From positions 124,001-188,000 of the forward strand of contig NW_026250431.1 of the NCBI RefSeq assembly GCF_024521635.1: a stretch of DNA of 64,000 nt, in the 5' to 3' direction. Within the stretch, counting starts at the first letter, position 1; each line of letters begins with the position of its first letter. The stretch is from Tricharina praecox (Eukaryota). Made by a program: the position numbers and the translations under genes. The notes under the pieces are model-generated. The model saw only the letters and a program-made list of their open reading frames with translations, did no database searches and was not told the DNA's origin. This document shows, piece after piece, positions 13,107 to 24,772 of the stretch.

Positions 13107-14185
13107 GATGGTTAGATGGCGCGTTCGCCATGTGCTTTTGGTCAGGGCATGGAGGATCACATTCGGGTGGTTAAGGTCCGCGAGCCGCAGCTGTATAGGA
13201 GGCTGCGACGGTTATCTACAGACGGAATCACCAGTATTCCCGTCGGGGGAGTGCGGCGGTCGGCAGAGACACCCTCACCGGAGGACGAACTCAGTGTCGG
13301 AGGCGTATCAAGGATGGTGTGGAGCGGCTCAGGCGTGTTGCTAGTATGTAGTCGGTTGCGGCCGGCGGCTCGGGACTGGAGGACAGTTAGATGGGGCTTT
13401 AAATAGATTTCTTTCGCTGTCGAGTATGTACTCAAAGGGTGGTGGACGGTTTGCGAGCCTCAGATATCTCGTTGATTGCTGCCGACGGATACTGGATGTT
13501 CGAGAGCGATTAGACGGGGGGCTTTAAATAGATCTGCTCTCGATGTGGAGTATGTACTCAACGATTAAAGCCATGCCGACTGGAAACATCCTCATAATCT
13601 TCCCAGCTCTAGTCGTCAGCATCGACGACGTAATCGTGCAAGTCGTACACCCAGTCATTTTTGGAAGGACTCGTGGAGATAACCGCGCGAACGATCGAGA
13701 TGGAGAAACGTGACGTGGGATATTCAGGTCTAGGAGCTACAGGTACAAGAGAGAGAAAGAAAGAAAGGAAACAAAAACGTAGACCGCTACCGCTCCGAAT
13801 ATTCCAAGCACCCACCATAGTGGACTACTCACAGGAACACACCCCACCCCACAATCGGATGAGGAACGGTCATCGCGCCGCAGGCGCAGCTAGTGCCGTC
13901 TGGGGAATGGCCAGTCGCTCCCAGTCGCGGCCTCCGCGGATGATAATCGGGTGGCAGGCGATTTGCGAGCCGGTTGCCACCGACAGCTTCGGACTGGAGC
14001 CTGGATGACGGTTAGACAGAGGCTTTGAATAGATCTGCTCGGAATGTGGATTATGTACCAAAGACCAAAGCCATGTCGGCTAGAAACATCCTCATCACCG
14101 CCCCAGCCCGAATCAATAGGGGGGTAGCGCACAGGGCTGACCCCCGACAGTGGGTAAGCGCACAGCGCTGACCCAGCATTTGAAG

Positions 14186-15470
14186 TGGTGGATTCCTGCC
14201 CGGGGCAATGATCCGGCGCCCCCAGGGGCCGTGGTCCGTGGGGACGGGGCCGCCCCGGGCAGGAATGCATCAAACCCATCCAATCCGGACAACGAAACAA
14301 TCCCATCCCAAATACTAGAAAAACATCAGCATGCCATTTTTGCAGTTTTGTGTAGCCGGGGGTTATTAAAGTTACTTTTTAGGAATAGGAAGAGCAGATT
14401 TTCTGCGCTGCGGCAACAAAACAAACGGCCGTGGATCGGAAGATTGCAGTGGAGGGAGGGAGAGTGGTGGATGAAGAGGGCGTGCTGCGATGGCGCGAAC
14501 GCGGGCACATAGGGTGCCATGCTGGTAAACCTCGGTCCCTCTCTTGCTGGTTGGCTCGACAGCCATTATCCTTCCACAATGAGTGGAAAAGACGACCCGC
14601 CGCCACTACCGCTACCACCACCAGAAAACCGACCCAGATGCGCTTGGTCTTTTTCTTCTTCTTCCTCTTCCTCTACCTCAGGATCCGGAAATAGCGGTGG
14701 CGGGTGTGCAGCGATGCTGTCGACCTTGCGATTACTCGCATCAATCGACAGAGGTAACGGGGCCCCATAGAGAGGCGCTAATGGGGTGGACGTTTTCTCG
14801 TCTGCTCGTCTGCTCGTCTGCTCGTCTGAAGTCGGAGGGCAGGATAAATTGTGCTCCCATAACCCCCCGGGGGTGTCTTGAAACTCCCTGCAGTGATGTC
14901 GGGTGGCGCACCACGCAATATTCGTCGCTGAGTGCTGCCGTGGCGGATCACCGCCTTCCGGGCGGCCTGGAAGTTGAATCCTCGTCATCATCGGCATCGT
15001 GTGTCGGTTACCGTGGATTTCTCCAACAGTGATGGTCCTCTCGCAACGGAGTCTCTTCGCGCTTTCGCTTACGGGACCTGATTCCGAGAGGGCGCAGGGC
15101 GAATCCGTGTACGTTGGAATGTAGCGAAGGTATGGAACGAAGTAGTCTGAAGATGGAGGAAGGAAAGTGAGGGAGGAAGGATGTGGAGATGGAAAGTGAA
15201 GAAAGAAAGTGAGGAAGGAAGGAAGGGAGGTGGATAAGATGGGGGGGTTTTGTGGTGGGGCGTGTGTTGATTGTGGGGAGAGTTCTTGAGAACCCTATAA
15301 CCCTAATCATAGAAAGAGGGATGGGGACGAAGTGTGAAGCGGTAGTACAGTACGTGTACATTGCAGAGCAGTCAGTTGAGCGGGGTTCAACAGCGACAGA
15401 CGGAAGAATCGAGTGACGGGACCTGAAGAAAAGAAAAGAAAAAGAAATATCTAGACCGAAAAGCACACGA
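14186..15470 (-). repeat. Composite repeat X, inverted partial copy
   Basis: Reverse complement of modules at 19690-20710 (TATGATTAGGGTTATAGG leader to GC-rich stem-loop) and 21905-21975. Confidence 0.8.
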
Positions 15471-17359
15471 CTACGCTATCCTCCGAAAACCGTCCTTTGC
15501 AACTGCCAAGACCGAGCACCAATATTGAAGTTATGTAGCTGCGGATAATATTCCGTCACCACTGCGGCACTGCCTTCGAACGCTAGGATACGGCGCGTGA
15601 TGGTGATCCCGCTGTCAGGCATGTCTCGCTTCGTGAAGTAAGCTTCGTAGCCTAGCGCTGGTCTGCCGAATCTACGAAGCGGAGAGACGCGCCAAGAGAT
15701 GTCAAGTGTGTGAATGTCAGGCTGTGTCGAGCGGGAGACGGGAAGAGAAACTGAAGAGGTCGAGCAGCTTCTGTGCAGCTGTGATGACTACTCTAGGTGA
15801 GTGTGTGGCTGAGATCGCTGTGGCGTTCGACCGCCATATTGGTTGGGATGAGCGAATAAGAGCTTGGCGCTAAAGCGATGCATATCTTGCAAACGGCGGA
15901 CTTGCATACGACACGAATAAGCTCGGACTTGCGATACGAATAAGCTCACCAGTCCACGCGTATAAGACATTAGAGCTTCGGATATGCATACGGAATTGCG
16001 GCCCGAACAAGCTTTCCATTCCAGAAGCCACGCGTATAAGCCATCAGAGCCTCGTGTTTGCAGAATCTCTTTTTTGCGACAATAGATGTTGTATGTAACT
16101 ACTGTAAGCAGTCACTCTTGGTGAGAACAAATGATGCAAGCAGCCAGAATTGGCGAAACAAATTGTGTCGAATTCGGGCATTTTGGTCGCAATGTGACAA
16201 TGCGCGACATGGCCGTTCGATTCAGCGCTCAGCTGGAGTAGGCGGACGGTTAGGACGGTTAGGACCAGGCAGAGTGTGCGTACATATAGCACACGATAGT
16301 ACTCTACATTGCAGAAGGTACCATACTGCAGATAAGCTACACGCGATTAATGAAGGGACTGCCAGGTTGCGGTTAACCTCCCGACGGAGGACACTCTCGC
16401 GAGCAACTCTAATACATATTGCCCCCCAGCCCTATCCCCCAAATGCGGGGTGACACTGAGTACCGAGAGCACCGAGGGCAGAGTCAAATACAGTCCTCTG
16501 CCTACTCTAATTCGACCTATCTCCACTCGAGATCATCTACTCCTCTCCAAAAGAGAAGGCCTTCGTTCGAACCGAGGTCTGCTTACTTTGACTGCGTGTC
16601 CAGCGACCGCTTCCAACCCATTTCCTGCCCCCTCATCTCGCCTCCATTTCCATCGCCGAACCCAAAGATTCTGCCGGTCAGCACGTGCAGCGCCTCGTGG
16701 GGGCGTCTATTCTACATGCGACTTGGTGGGTTCAGCTGGCGGGCGCTCGCCGTCGTGCACACGTGGGCTAACCAAGGTTCTGTAGAGTCTGGAGCTTACA
16801 AGCTTTTCGCGCAAGGAAGAAACCGGGGCCTACCTTGGTTCTGCCCATGACGAGCCGATCGGCGGATCCCACCAATCACGGCCGGACCCTGCGCGCACAT
16901 ATCACGATGATTGGCGATGGACGGTTGAGGTTTGCAACGCGTATGCAGCCTTCGCGTAACTCTGCTAACGAGATCGAGTTTTTAGCCTGCGTGCCCGCCT
17001 CGAATGTAATGCGCGAATGTGATCTGCTCGGCGTGGGTTCGGAGGTGGAGAAAAGAGGAGACATGGCCAGCCGAAGCAAGGAGAGGAGAGGAGGGGAGAG
17101 CGTGCGACGACTTATACTCCCGCACATTCCCCCCAAGCCCCGCTTTCTCCCCTCTGTTCGACATCTCATCCTCCTCCTCCTCGCCCCGAAACCTTCTTTT
17201 GTGTTCGCGCCCATGTTCTGTTGATTGACCGGCTGCCTTTAACCGGACTACTTTCCACCTCCATCGGCACGCCGTTGCGCAACCACCTCCCCCTTTGTCC
17301 CCCGCTTTGTCGACAGCGCGATAACCCACCGACATCCTCGATCCTCCGTGGCCGCCGCC

Positions 17360-18478
17360 ATGGCCTCCTCGACGAACCCTTCGAGCATTCAGCTTCGCCG
17401 CTTGGGCCGCCTGGCACTCGGCGTGCTCTTCTTCGCCTTCGCGCTGACGTCGGTTCCCCATCCCATCCTGATTGTTTTCTACGGAACGTTCCGCTGACAC
17501 TCATCACCACGCAGCTGTCTCACCACAGCGCTCCAGCACACCTTCACATCCAACACGCCGACCACGCTCTCGATCCACCGGATCCTACACAACTGGGGCC
17601 TGTCCCCCTCGACGTACTGGCGCACCCTGTATCCCACCTCGTTCACGCGCGACATCTACCCCAAGCCGATCCACTCGCACAACGACTACTGGCGCCGCGT
17701 GCCGTTCTACTCCGCCATCTCCGTCGGCGCCATCTCCGTCGAGGCCGATGTGTGGGAATACTCCGGCGAGCTCTACGTCGGCCACGACACCGCCAGCCTG
17801 ACCCGGAACCGCACCTTCGGCACGCTGTACGTCACGCCGATCCGCGAGATCCTGGACGAGATGAACCAAGCGCAGCGGATTCCCATCGGCTCGTCGTCGT
17901 CGGAGGAAGATGAGGCCGCGGTAGCGAAGCCTTTGCGCGGGATCTTCGACGTCGATCCGGAGCAGACGCTGCACCTCTACGTGGACATCAAGACTCCGGG
18001 CGCCAGCACGCTGCCAGTAGTGATACAGCAGCTCGAGCCGCTGCGCAGCCCGCGGAACTTCCTGACGCACTGGAACGGGACGCACCTGGTCCGCGGACAG
18101 GTCACCGTGCACCTCAGCGGCGCCGCGCCGTTCGAGCTGATGCTGCAACACGAGTACCGCGATTACTTCTACGACGCGCCACTGAGCGGGCTGGCGAGCG
18201 GCCGGTACAATACTAGCAACTCGCTCATGGCCACTGCGAGCTTCAGGAAGGAGATCGGCGCTGTGTATTGGGGCTCCGGCGGGCTGAGCAGGAAGATGAA
18301 GGACAAGATTGCCGCACAGATTAAGGCGGCGCATGAGCGCGGCATTGGAGTGCGCTACTGGAGCACTCCTATGTGGCCCATCAGCGTGCGCAACCAGGTG
18401 TGGGGCACCCTGGTCGAAATGGGAGTCGATCTGTTGAATGTCAATGATCTCAAGGCCGCGACGGAAATGAAGTGGTAG
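17360..18478 (+). CDS. AIM6: AIM6-like PLC-like phosphodiesterase, 2 exons (17360-17448, 17515-18478)
   Basis: GCCATGG start, N-terminal hydrophobic anchor, and intron 17449-17514 (GTCGGT..GCTGAC..CAG) that keeps the frame. Motifs IHSHNDYW, GAISVEADVW, LYVGHD, LYVDIKT, RYWSTP, GVDLLNVNDL. Confidence 0.88.
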
Positions 18479-19125
18479 CGGTCAGTCGGCTTTGGCTTTG
18501 GCTTTGTTCTTCCGCTGGCATCTCGGCGGTTTGTGCGATTGGGTTCATGATACGGAGTTTACTGGAGCGGGCGTCTTCTTTTTTTCTGTGTTCCTTTTTT
18601 CTTTCTTTCTGTGCTGCCTTTTTGGAAGCGACTTAAGCTCTTGGGGAGGTCAGTGATTTATGCGTAGACCTGTTTGGATGTATCGTGTCAGGGACGATGT
18701 CGGGGATATGTGCTCGATGAATTGCACAACCCACGACATTCCTGCTATGCTTGTATGCTATACCTACTATTGTGGAATGCCGGTATGCTGATATACTGCC
18801 AGAGTATGTATACTGAAAATGCTACTGCTACGCCATGCTTTCTCGGGCACTGGTGGTCCGTGGGATCATGCGATGGGTGGAAAATAACGGGCTGTCGGAT
18901 AAGATCCGCAGCTGGTTAAATGCACGGATCAAGCCAGAGACCATATCCAACTTCTCCTACATACGGAGAACGCCGTGTGAAGTCCAGACTCCAGTGCATC
19001 GACTAGCTCCCATGCGGATCCCTATGTGGCTCCCCATGTGGCGGGGAAACCGATCTAAAATCCTGGTAGATACGGTCATCGACACGGTGATCGATAATCA
19101 TCCAACGATGCCGCTAACGTGGGAG

Positions 19126-19599
19126 AGAGAAAGAGAGAGATCTTCCTGTTCCATTTCGCATGTAGCCTATGTAAACTATGGCGAACTTTCACACTCCTTT
19201 CCTGCCCGCCCTGGCGCGGCCAGTCTAGGTGAAAGCCCCGGTACGGCGGTATCTACTAGTCCGATGCGGCGCCGCTGCTTGCCTGCCTGCCAAACAAATC
19301 ACAAAAGTAATCGCACCAGGAAAATGTCACCGCATATCCTCATTTCCTACTTCCTGGAGGCTGGCAGCGGTCGCAGATGCAGTACCCTGCTGGGCAATGG
19401 GCACTCTTGCTCAGCTCTGCTCCCGATGCGATGCTCAGATGTGGCGATGCTTGCCTCTTCCTCCTCCTCCAGGTCTGATGGAGCTCTCCTCCTCACGTGC
19501 AAATCCGTCGTTCCTGGTAACTGTAGGATCGGCTCACTGCACCGAATGATCATCATCCCGCTTCTTTATCTACTTCAGATACGTCGCCGTGATGTCGTG
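19126..19599 (-). mobile_element. 5'-truncated LINE family B 3' fragment with TSD
   Basis: Reverse complement of parts of 25008-25585 including the (CT)n tail. Flanked by GCCGCTA(A/G)CGTGGGAG at 19110-19125 and 19600-19615. Empty site at 35503-35516. Confidence 0.85.
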
Positions 19600-21150
19600 G
19601 CCGCTAGCGTGGGAGTCACGTGCACCCCCCTCGTAACTACTGACTTCTCTGCCATACATTCCCGTTTCACACTTCAGCCGCATCCACCTTTTTATGATTA
19701 GGGTTATAGGATTCTATCTAGGGTTAGACCTGCCAAGAACTCGCCCCGCAATCAACACACGCCCCACCACAAAACCCCCCACACTCCTTCTTCACCTTCC
19801 TTCTCCACTTTCCTTCTTCCATCTTCACAGCACTTCCTTCCATACCTTCGCTACACGAAATTCGAAATACCAACACCACCCAAGTCAATCAAGCATCTAG
19901 TCAAGACTCAAGTATGTGCTCTTTGAACCCCAACACTCAATACGTGAATACATATTAACGCTCAAGGACGTAGGAAGTCCAACAGTTCGTCCATCGGATT
20001 CGATGTGGTGGAGACCGTGCTCGTCGTGCTCACAATCTGCTTCGTCGTGGGTCTCTTCGGGCACGCTTGCATCAGCCTGTCTGGGGTGGGGTTTGGAAGT
20101 ACTGGAGACACTTCGACGTCACACTTGGGTGGTCGTTTGGCGACGACCGCGACCCCATTCGGCGTCGCAGTTCTTGAATTTTCATCTTCGATGGGCTCAG
20201 AAGGCCGACCAGACGACCAGACGCTCAGACAGCCATCTCATCGGCGCCGCCTCTGTCGATTGACGCGAGTAATCGCAAGGACGAATACCATCAATGACCA
20301 CCCGCCGCCGCCACTTCCGCAGTTCCCGCTAATGAGGGTCGGTGGTGGTGGTGGCGGCGAGTGGGAGTTTCCACTCATTGTGTATGTGTGGATGGATGAA
20401 GAGATGACGGAGATGAGGAGAGGATGAGATGACGGATGTCGAGGCGACCAGCAAGGGAGAGACAAGGGTTACCAGCATGGCACCCCGTGTGCCCGTGCTC
20501 TTACCATTCCCAAAAAGTAAGTTCCCTAACCCCTGGCGACTAAAAACTGGAAAATGGCATGCTGATTTTTTGCAAGTATTTGGGATGGGATTGCTTCGTT
20601 GGATGGAGTGGAAAGATTGGACCTGAGAACCGACCTACCCTGCCCGGGGCGGACCCGTCCCCACGGACCACGGTCCCTGGGGCGCTGGATCATTGCCCCG
20701 GGCGGGAATGCCGGGTTTTATGAGAAGGTCGTGGCGGTGCGGAAGTTGTTGGATATATGCTAAAGCGCCCGGGTGGATGCCGGAGAGCGTGGAAGTTGGA
20801 TGGTGGGGAAACGGCGATGTGGGGTAGTGGGGTAGTGGGGGAACTAGTATGTTCGGATGATTTAGGCGCGGAGGGGAGGATATATGTAGTGAGTATGTCG
20901 CAGTGGCTAGAACGATAGCAATCCCAAGCAGTTCTCGATCGTATAATTGCTCAGAAGTATGATCGTACGGACGGGAGGTAGAGAGAGAGACGGAAAACAA
21001 GTGGTTGAATTGACTGACTACTTGGTTGAAAAACAACAGAGTGGACAACATAAACGGGGTTCATATACAGAGAGAAAACAAGAAATGCAGTACTATACTG
21101 GACGACATCTGTCCTCCAAATCCTGAGCTTTCCCTTTCCTCATTGCGTAT

Positions 21151-21702
21151 TGTCAAATATAGGAATATAAAGTCTTGATTATCGCCTATCTTCTGCAGCG
21201 GCAGAAGGTCCTCTATATACATGTGCTATGTAGATGGCCTCCAGGCTCGCCCTGTCGGGGGGCTGCTCGTAGACCCCATCACCCTCAGGACACCAACCAT
21301 CGCTTCAACGCTTAAGGTCCGGACGCCTAAGATCCAGACGCCAGTCGTCCGGCACTAGATATGACTTGGACGCCTAAGCTCCGGCGCTATTGCGATTCTC
21401 GTTCTCGTCTCGTTCTCTACGAAAAGCCGTCGTCGTCGCTCGTCCAAGATATGTATTGCACACTGGTCATACTGGTCATATGCGTCTTTTTGCGCCTTCT
21501 CGAGTGCGCCTCGAATGCGCCTCGAGAATCCTGTTTCTTGTCATACTTGCTTCTGCTTCTATCTGGTATGTCCAGCTGGTCATCCGCTGTTTCTGCGAAT
21601 GAATCAAGCCACCGAAGGATATCAATCTCACACTCATATTTTCAACATGCACCACCTGCGGCGCCAGGACTCCCCAGAGCAAACGGACGTCTACATCTGA
21701 CA
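21151..21702. mobile_element. Solo LTR (552 bp)
   Basis: TGTCA...TGACA termini, perfect 5-bp TSD CGTAT (21146-21150 and 21703-21707), and absence from the paralogous site at ~36674. Confidence 0.88.
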
Positions 21703-22733
21703 CGTATAACCGTTGCATATGCCATCGCAATGGTCATTGCGAATGGTCATTGCACGTCCTACTTTTCCCACATTACGCGTCCTGGCTTTTGAGTTCGCCA
21801 GGCTGTGACGACGTAAATTTCGTCATGTAGCACCAGTAGTACACGGTCAATCGGTTCCTGCACGGGCCGGTCCTATCACCGCGGACCACGGACGGGACAG
21901 GGCGCGTGCTATTCGGTCTAGATACTTCTTTTTCTTTTTTTCAATCCCGTCACTCGATGATTCCGTCTGCCTGTCTGTGTCGATCTGCCTCATCGCCTCG
22001 ACGAGCTGCCATTCTGATCGCACGGACGCAGGAGGCATGGCAGAATAAAAAGAAAAGCATGGCTGGGGCACTACTGATGGACGTCAAGTCAGCCTTCAAC
22101 AACGTCAGCAGAAGTCACCTGTGCCGACGGATGGCTGAACTCCACCTCGATCCCAACTTGGTTCGATGGACGGATTCGTTCATGAGAGACATGCAGATCG
22201 TACTGGAGAAGGAAGGCAGAGCTGACAAACCGCACGACATTGAATCAGGCATACCCCAAGGGTCTCCGGTCTCACCCATACTCTTTGCTATCTAGGTATC
22301 AGAGATGTTTGGATATGTGGAAGAGAAAACGGGCACTAAAGCGATCTCCTTTGTCGATGACGTGGCATGGTGGACTGATGGGAAGGATAAAGAAGAGGTA
22401 GCCATCCGCCTGGGAAACGCGGCTCACTATGCAAAGGAATGGGATGGCCCAAACGCAGTGGCTTTCGACACCGACAAGACCGAAGCCATACTGCTGACGC
22501 GGAAAAAGAAAGTCAAATGGGATCAGACAGTTGAGGTGGACGGAAATGAGATCAAATTCAACCGGACCGCAACTCGATGGCTAGGGATTTGGATTGACTC
22601 AGAGCTAAACCTTAAGGCTCACCAGCAGACAATGATAAAGAACGCCCACAACACCCAGCACCGTCTACGCCGGCTGTGTGGGAATATGGGGCTTGTACTA
22701 GAGAATGTTAGGAGAACACAAGTGGCCTGCGTT

Positions 22734-23447
22734 CAGTGTTCTACATAGACCAGTCCCGACCAAATTTGGGCATGGTCTGGTCGGTCGGTTTATATCCCGA
22801 CAAAAAAAAAACTTGGTCTGATCGGTCGGGATATATCCCGACCGATCAGACATAGGTCGGGATAAGTCAGGCTAAGAAAGTTTACACGTTGGAATTTGTA
22901 ATCTTTACAATGATTTATTCTACACCAGATCCTCCTCGCATAGCGCGGCCAACATCTCCCCAATTCCTTCACATCCGCCCGAGTCGCCGCAATCATCCCA
23001 TCCCTCTGCCAGATTTTGAGACATTCCACAGCCTCTAGTACATCATCACGTGCTAATGCTTTCTCTGCCAGAATTTCTGTGGTCTGCCAGCATTTCTGCG
23101 ACAATTATAGCAACATTCCGGACGCCCAGCACTTCCAGTACTGCTGCGGTCGTCATCGACACATTCCGCACACACAACTATGATAGAAAAATTTGCAACT
23201 GATAAGCTTATCAGTTATCCTGACGTCGGCCGACCTGGGCCGAGCGAGCCTGGCGAGCTCGGGCCGGTCGGGATATATTCCGACCTACAAAAGCCCCAGT
23301 CTGATTGGTCGGTATGTATCCCGAACAGAAAATAATCAGGTCTGGTCGGTCAAGTTATATCCAGACCGGCCAAAGCCATGGTCAGTCGGGATATATTCCG
23401 ACCGACCCGTCCGGTCGACCGACCGGTCTGGTCTCTGTAGAACACTG
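22734..23447 (-). mobile_element. Non-autonomous hAT DNA transposon (714 bp) nested in LINE-B
   Basis: TIR CAGTGTTCTACA...TGTAGAACACTG with perfect 8-bp TSD CCTGCGTT. Subterminal GGGATATATCCC/CCGACC arrays. Internal minus-strand remnant DDVLEAVECLKIWQRDGMI resembles the end of a hAT dimerization domain. Confidence 0.92.
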
Positions 23448-24309
23448 CCTGCGTTTAGGTAGTGGCGCTATGCGGACCTGAACTCTGGAGGCAAGGGGAA
23501 CAGCAACGGGGAACCATCGGACGCGCGAATGAGATTCAAAAAATGGCAAACCAACAGGCTCGAGCAACTACCGGGTGCCTTAAGAGTACCAACCAAGGCG
23601 AACTCATGCTGGAAATTGGACTGCGACCGGCAATCTCCTTACTCAACAACCGAGCAAAACGGTATGCGACACGGTCCGCTAGCTTACCAGAAGGCGACGA
23701 GGCAGGCCTGCTCCTCCAGTCCCCAAGCGCTTTGGGCAAGCGCCTCAGCCTATGACTCGAAGTCACAGGAAGACGTGAAAAGACACTTCTGTGCGAAAAC
23801 ATACCTCTAGATGTCATCACAGTGATTGCAGACCGGAAGGCAGCGAAGAAGGAAGCAGAAACCCCGCGGTCTGGCTTCACCATGTGGACAGAAGGATGGC
23901 GGTTGGAGGATGGCGGCTGCGGATATTCAGTGGTGTGGGGAAAAGGCCGACCAACTGGCATGGATACAAAACCCACATGGGCGACAACCAAGAGGCATAG
24001 GACGCAGAGTGCGCTGCATAGTAAGGGCACTGGAAATGGCAGTAGACAGACAGCGAAGGTGGCCGAGCCTGGAGCACGTCACCATCTTCACCGACGCTCA
24101 GGCGGCAATAGTGCGAATGAGCTCCCTCGACGTCGGTCCAGGCCAACAGTATGCCATTCAAGCAAGGGAATGGTTAGCCAAGATCAAGTGCCAGGTGGAG
24201 ATCAGGTGGTGTCCTGCTCACGAGAAAATCGAAGGAAATGAGATTGCAGACAGGTGGGCCACGCAGGCAGCGGAAAGCCCGTACGGCGATGGAGTAGAAT
24301 GGCTCCGGC

Positions 24310-24772
24310 CAGTGTTCTAAATAGACCAGACTGGTCGCCGACCGGACGGGTCAGTCGGGATATAACCCGACCGGCCAGACCAGAACTTTTTCTGGTAGGG
24401 ATATATCCCCACCGACCAGACCTAGGCTTTAGTAGGCCGGAACATATCCCGACCGACCCGACCTTGCTAGCCTCGGTCAGCCTAGGTCGGCCTAGGCCGG
24501 CCGACATCAGGTTAACTGTTAATTCTACCAGCCGTAAATATTTTCGTTAATTTCTGGCGGTCTTAGAGCATTTCCGACGTCAAATCTTGTTTCTTAACCA
24601 GACTAAATCCGACCCATGTCTGGTCGATCGGGATATATCCCGACCCGACTTGAAAGCTTATGGTCGGGATATGTCTCCGACCGACCAGACCAAACCTTTT
24701 TTTGGTCGTGATATATGCCGACCGACCAGACCATACCCAAATTTGGTCGGGACTGGTCTATGTAGAACACTG
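24310..24772 (+). mobile_element. hAT-type MITE (463 bp), same family as 22734-23447, opposite orientation
   Basis: CAGTGTTCTA...TAGAACACTG ends. Its right end is the reverse complement of the left end of the first element. Degenerate 8-bp TSD GCTCCGGC/GCTGCAGC. Interrupts the LINE just after RNase H. Confidence 0.9.

Noticed and set aside
15291..15310. TAACCCTAA / TTAGGG motif suggesting a telomere or telomerase RNA template
   Set aside because: Only 1.5 units, embedded in a four-copy decayed repeat, with no array or other telomerase RNA features visible.
15880..16055. Paired short repeats including CCACGCGTATAAG x2 (MCB-like ACGCGT), and a possible LTR
   Set aside because: No TG..CA ends with TSD found and no adjacent cell-cycle gene to support a regulatory call.
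18835..19701. Long ORFs 18835-19701, 31951-32790, 37759-38514, 29558-30340 and 17585-18334
   Set aside because: Antisense or alternative frames of LINE fragments, repeats or real genes, with no protein-like motifs.
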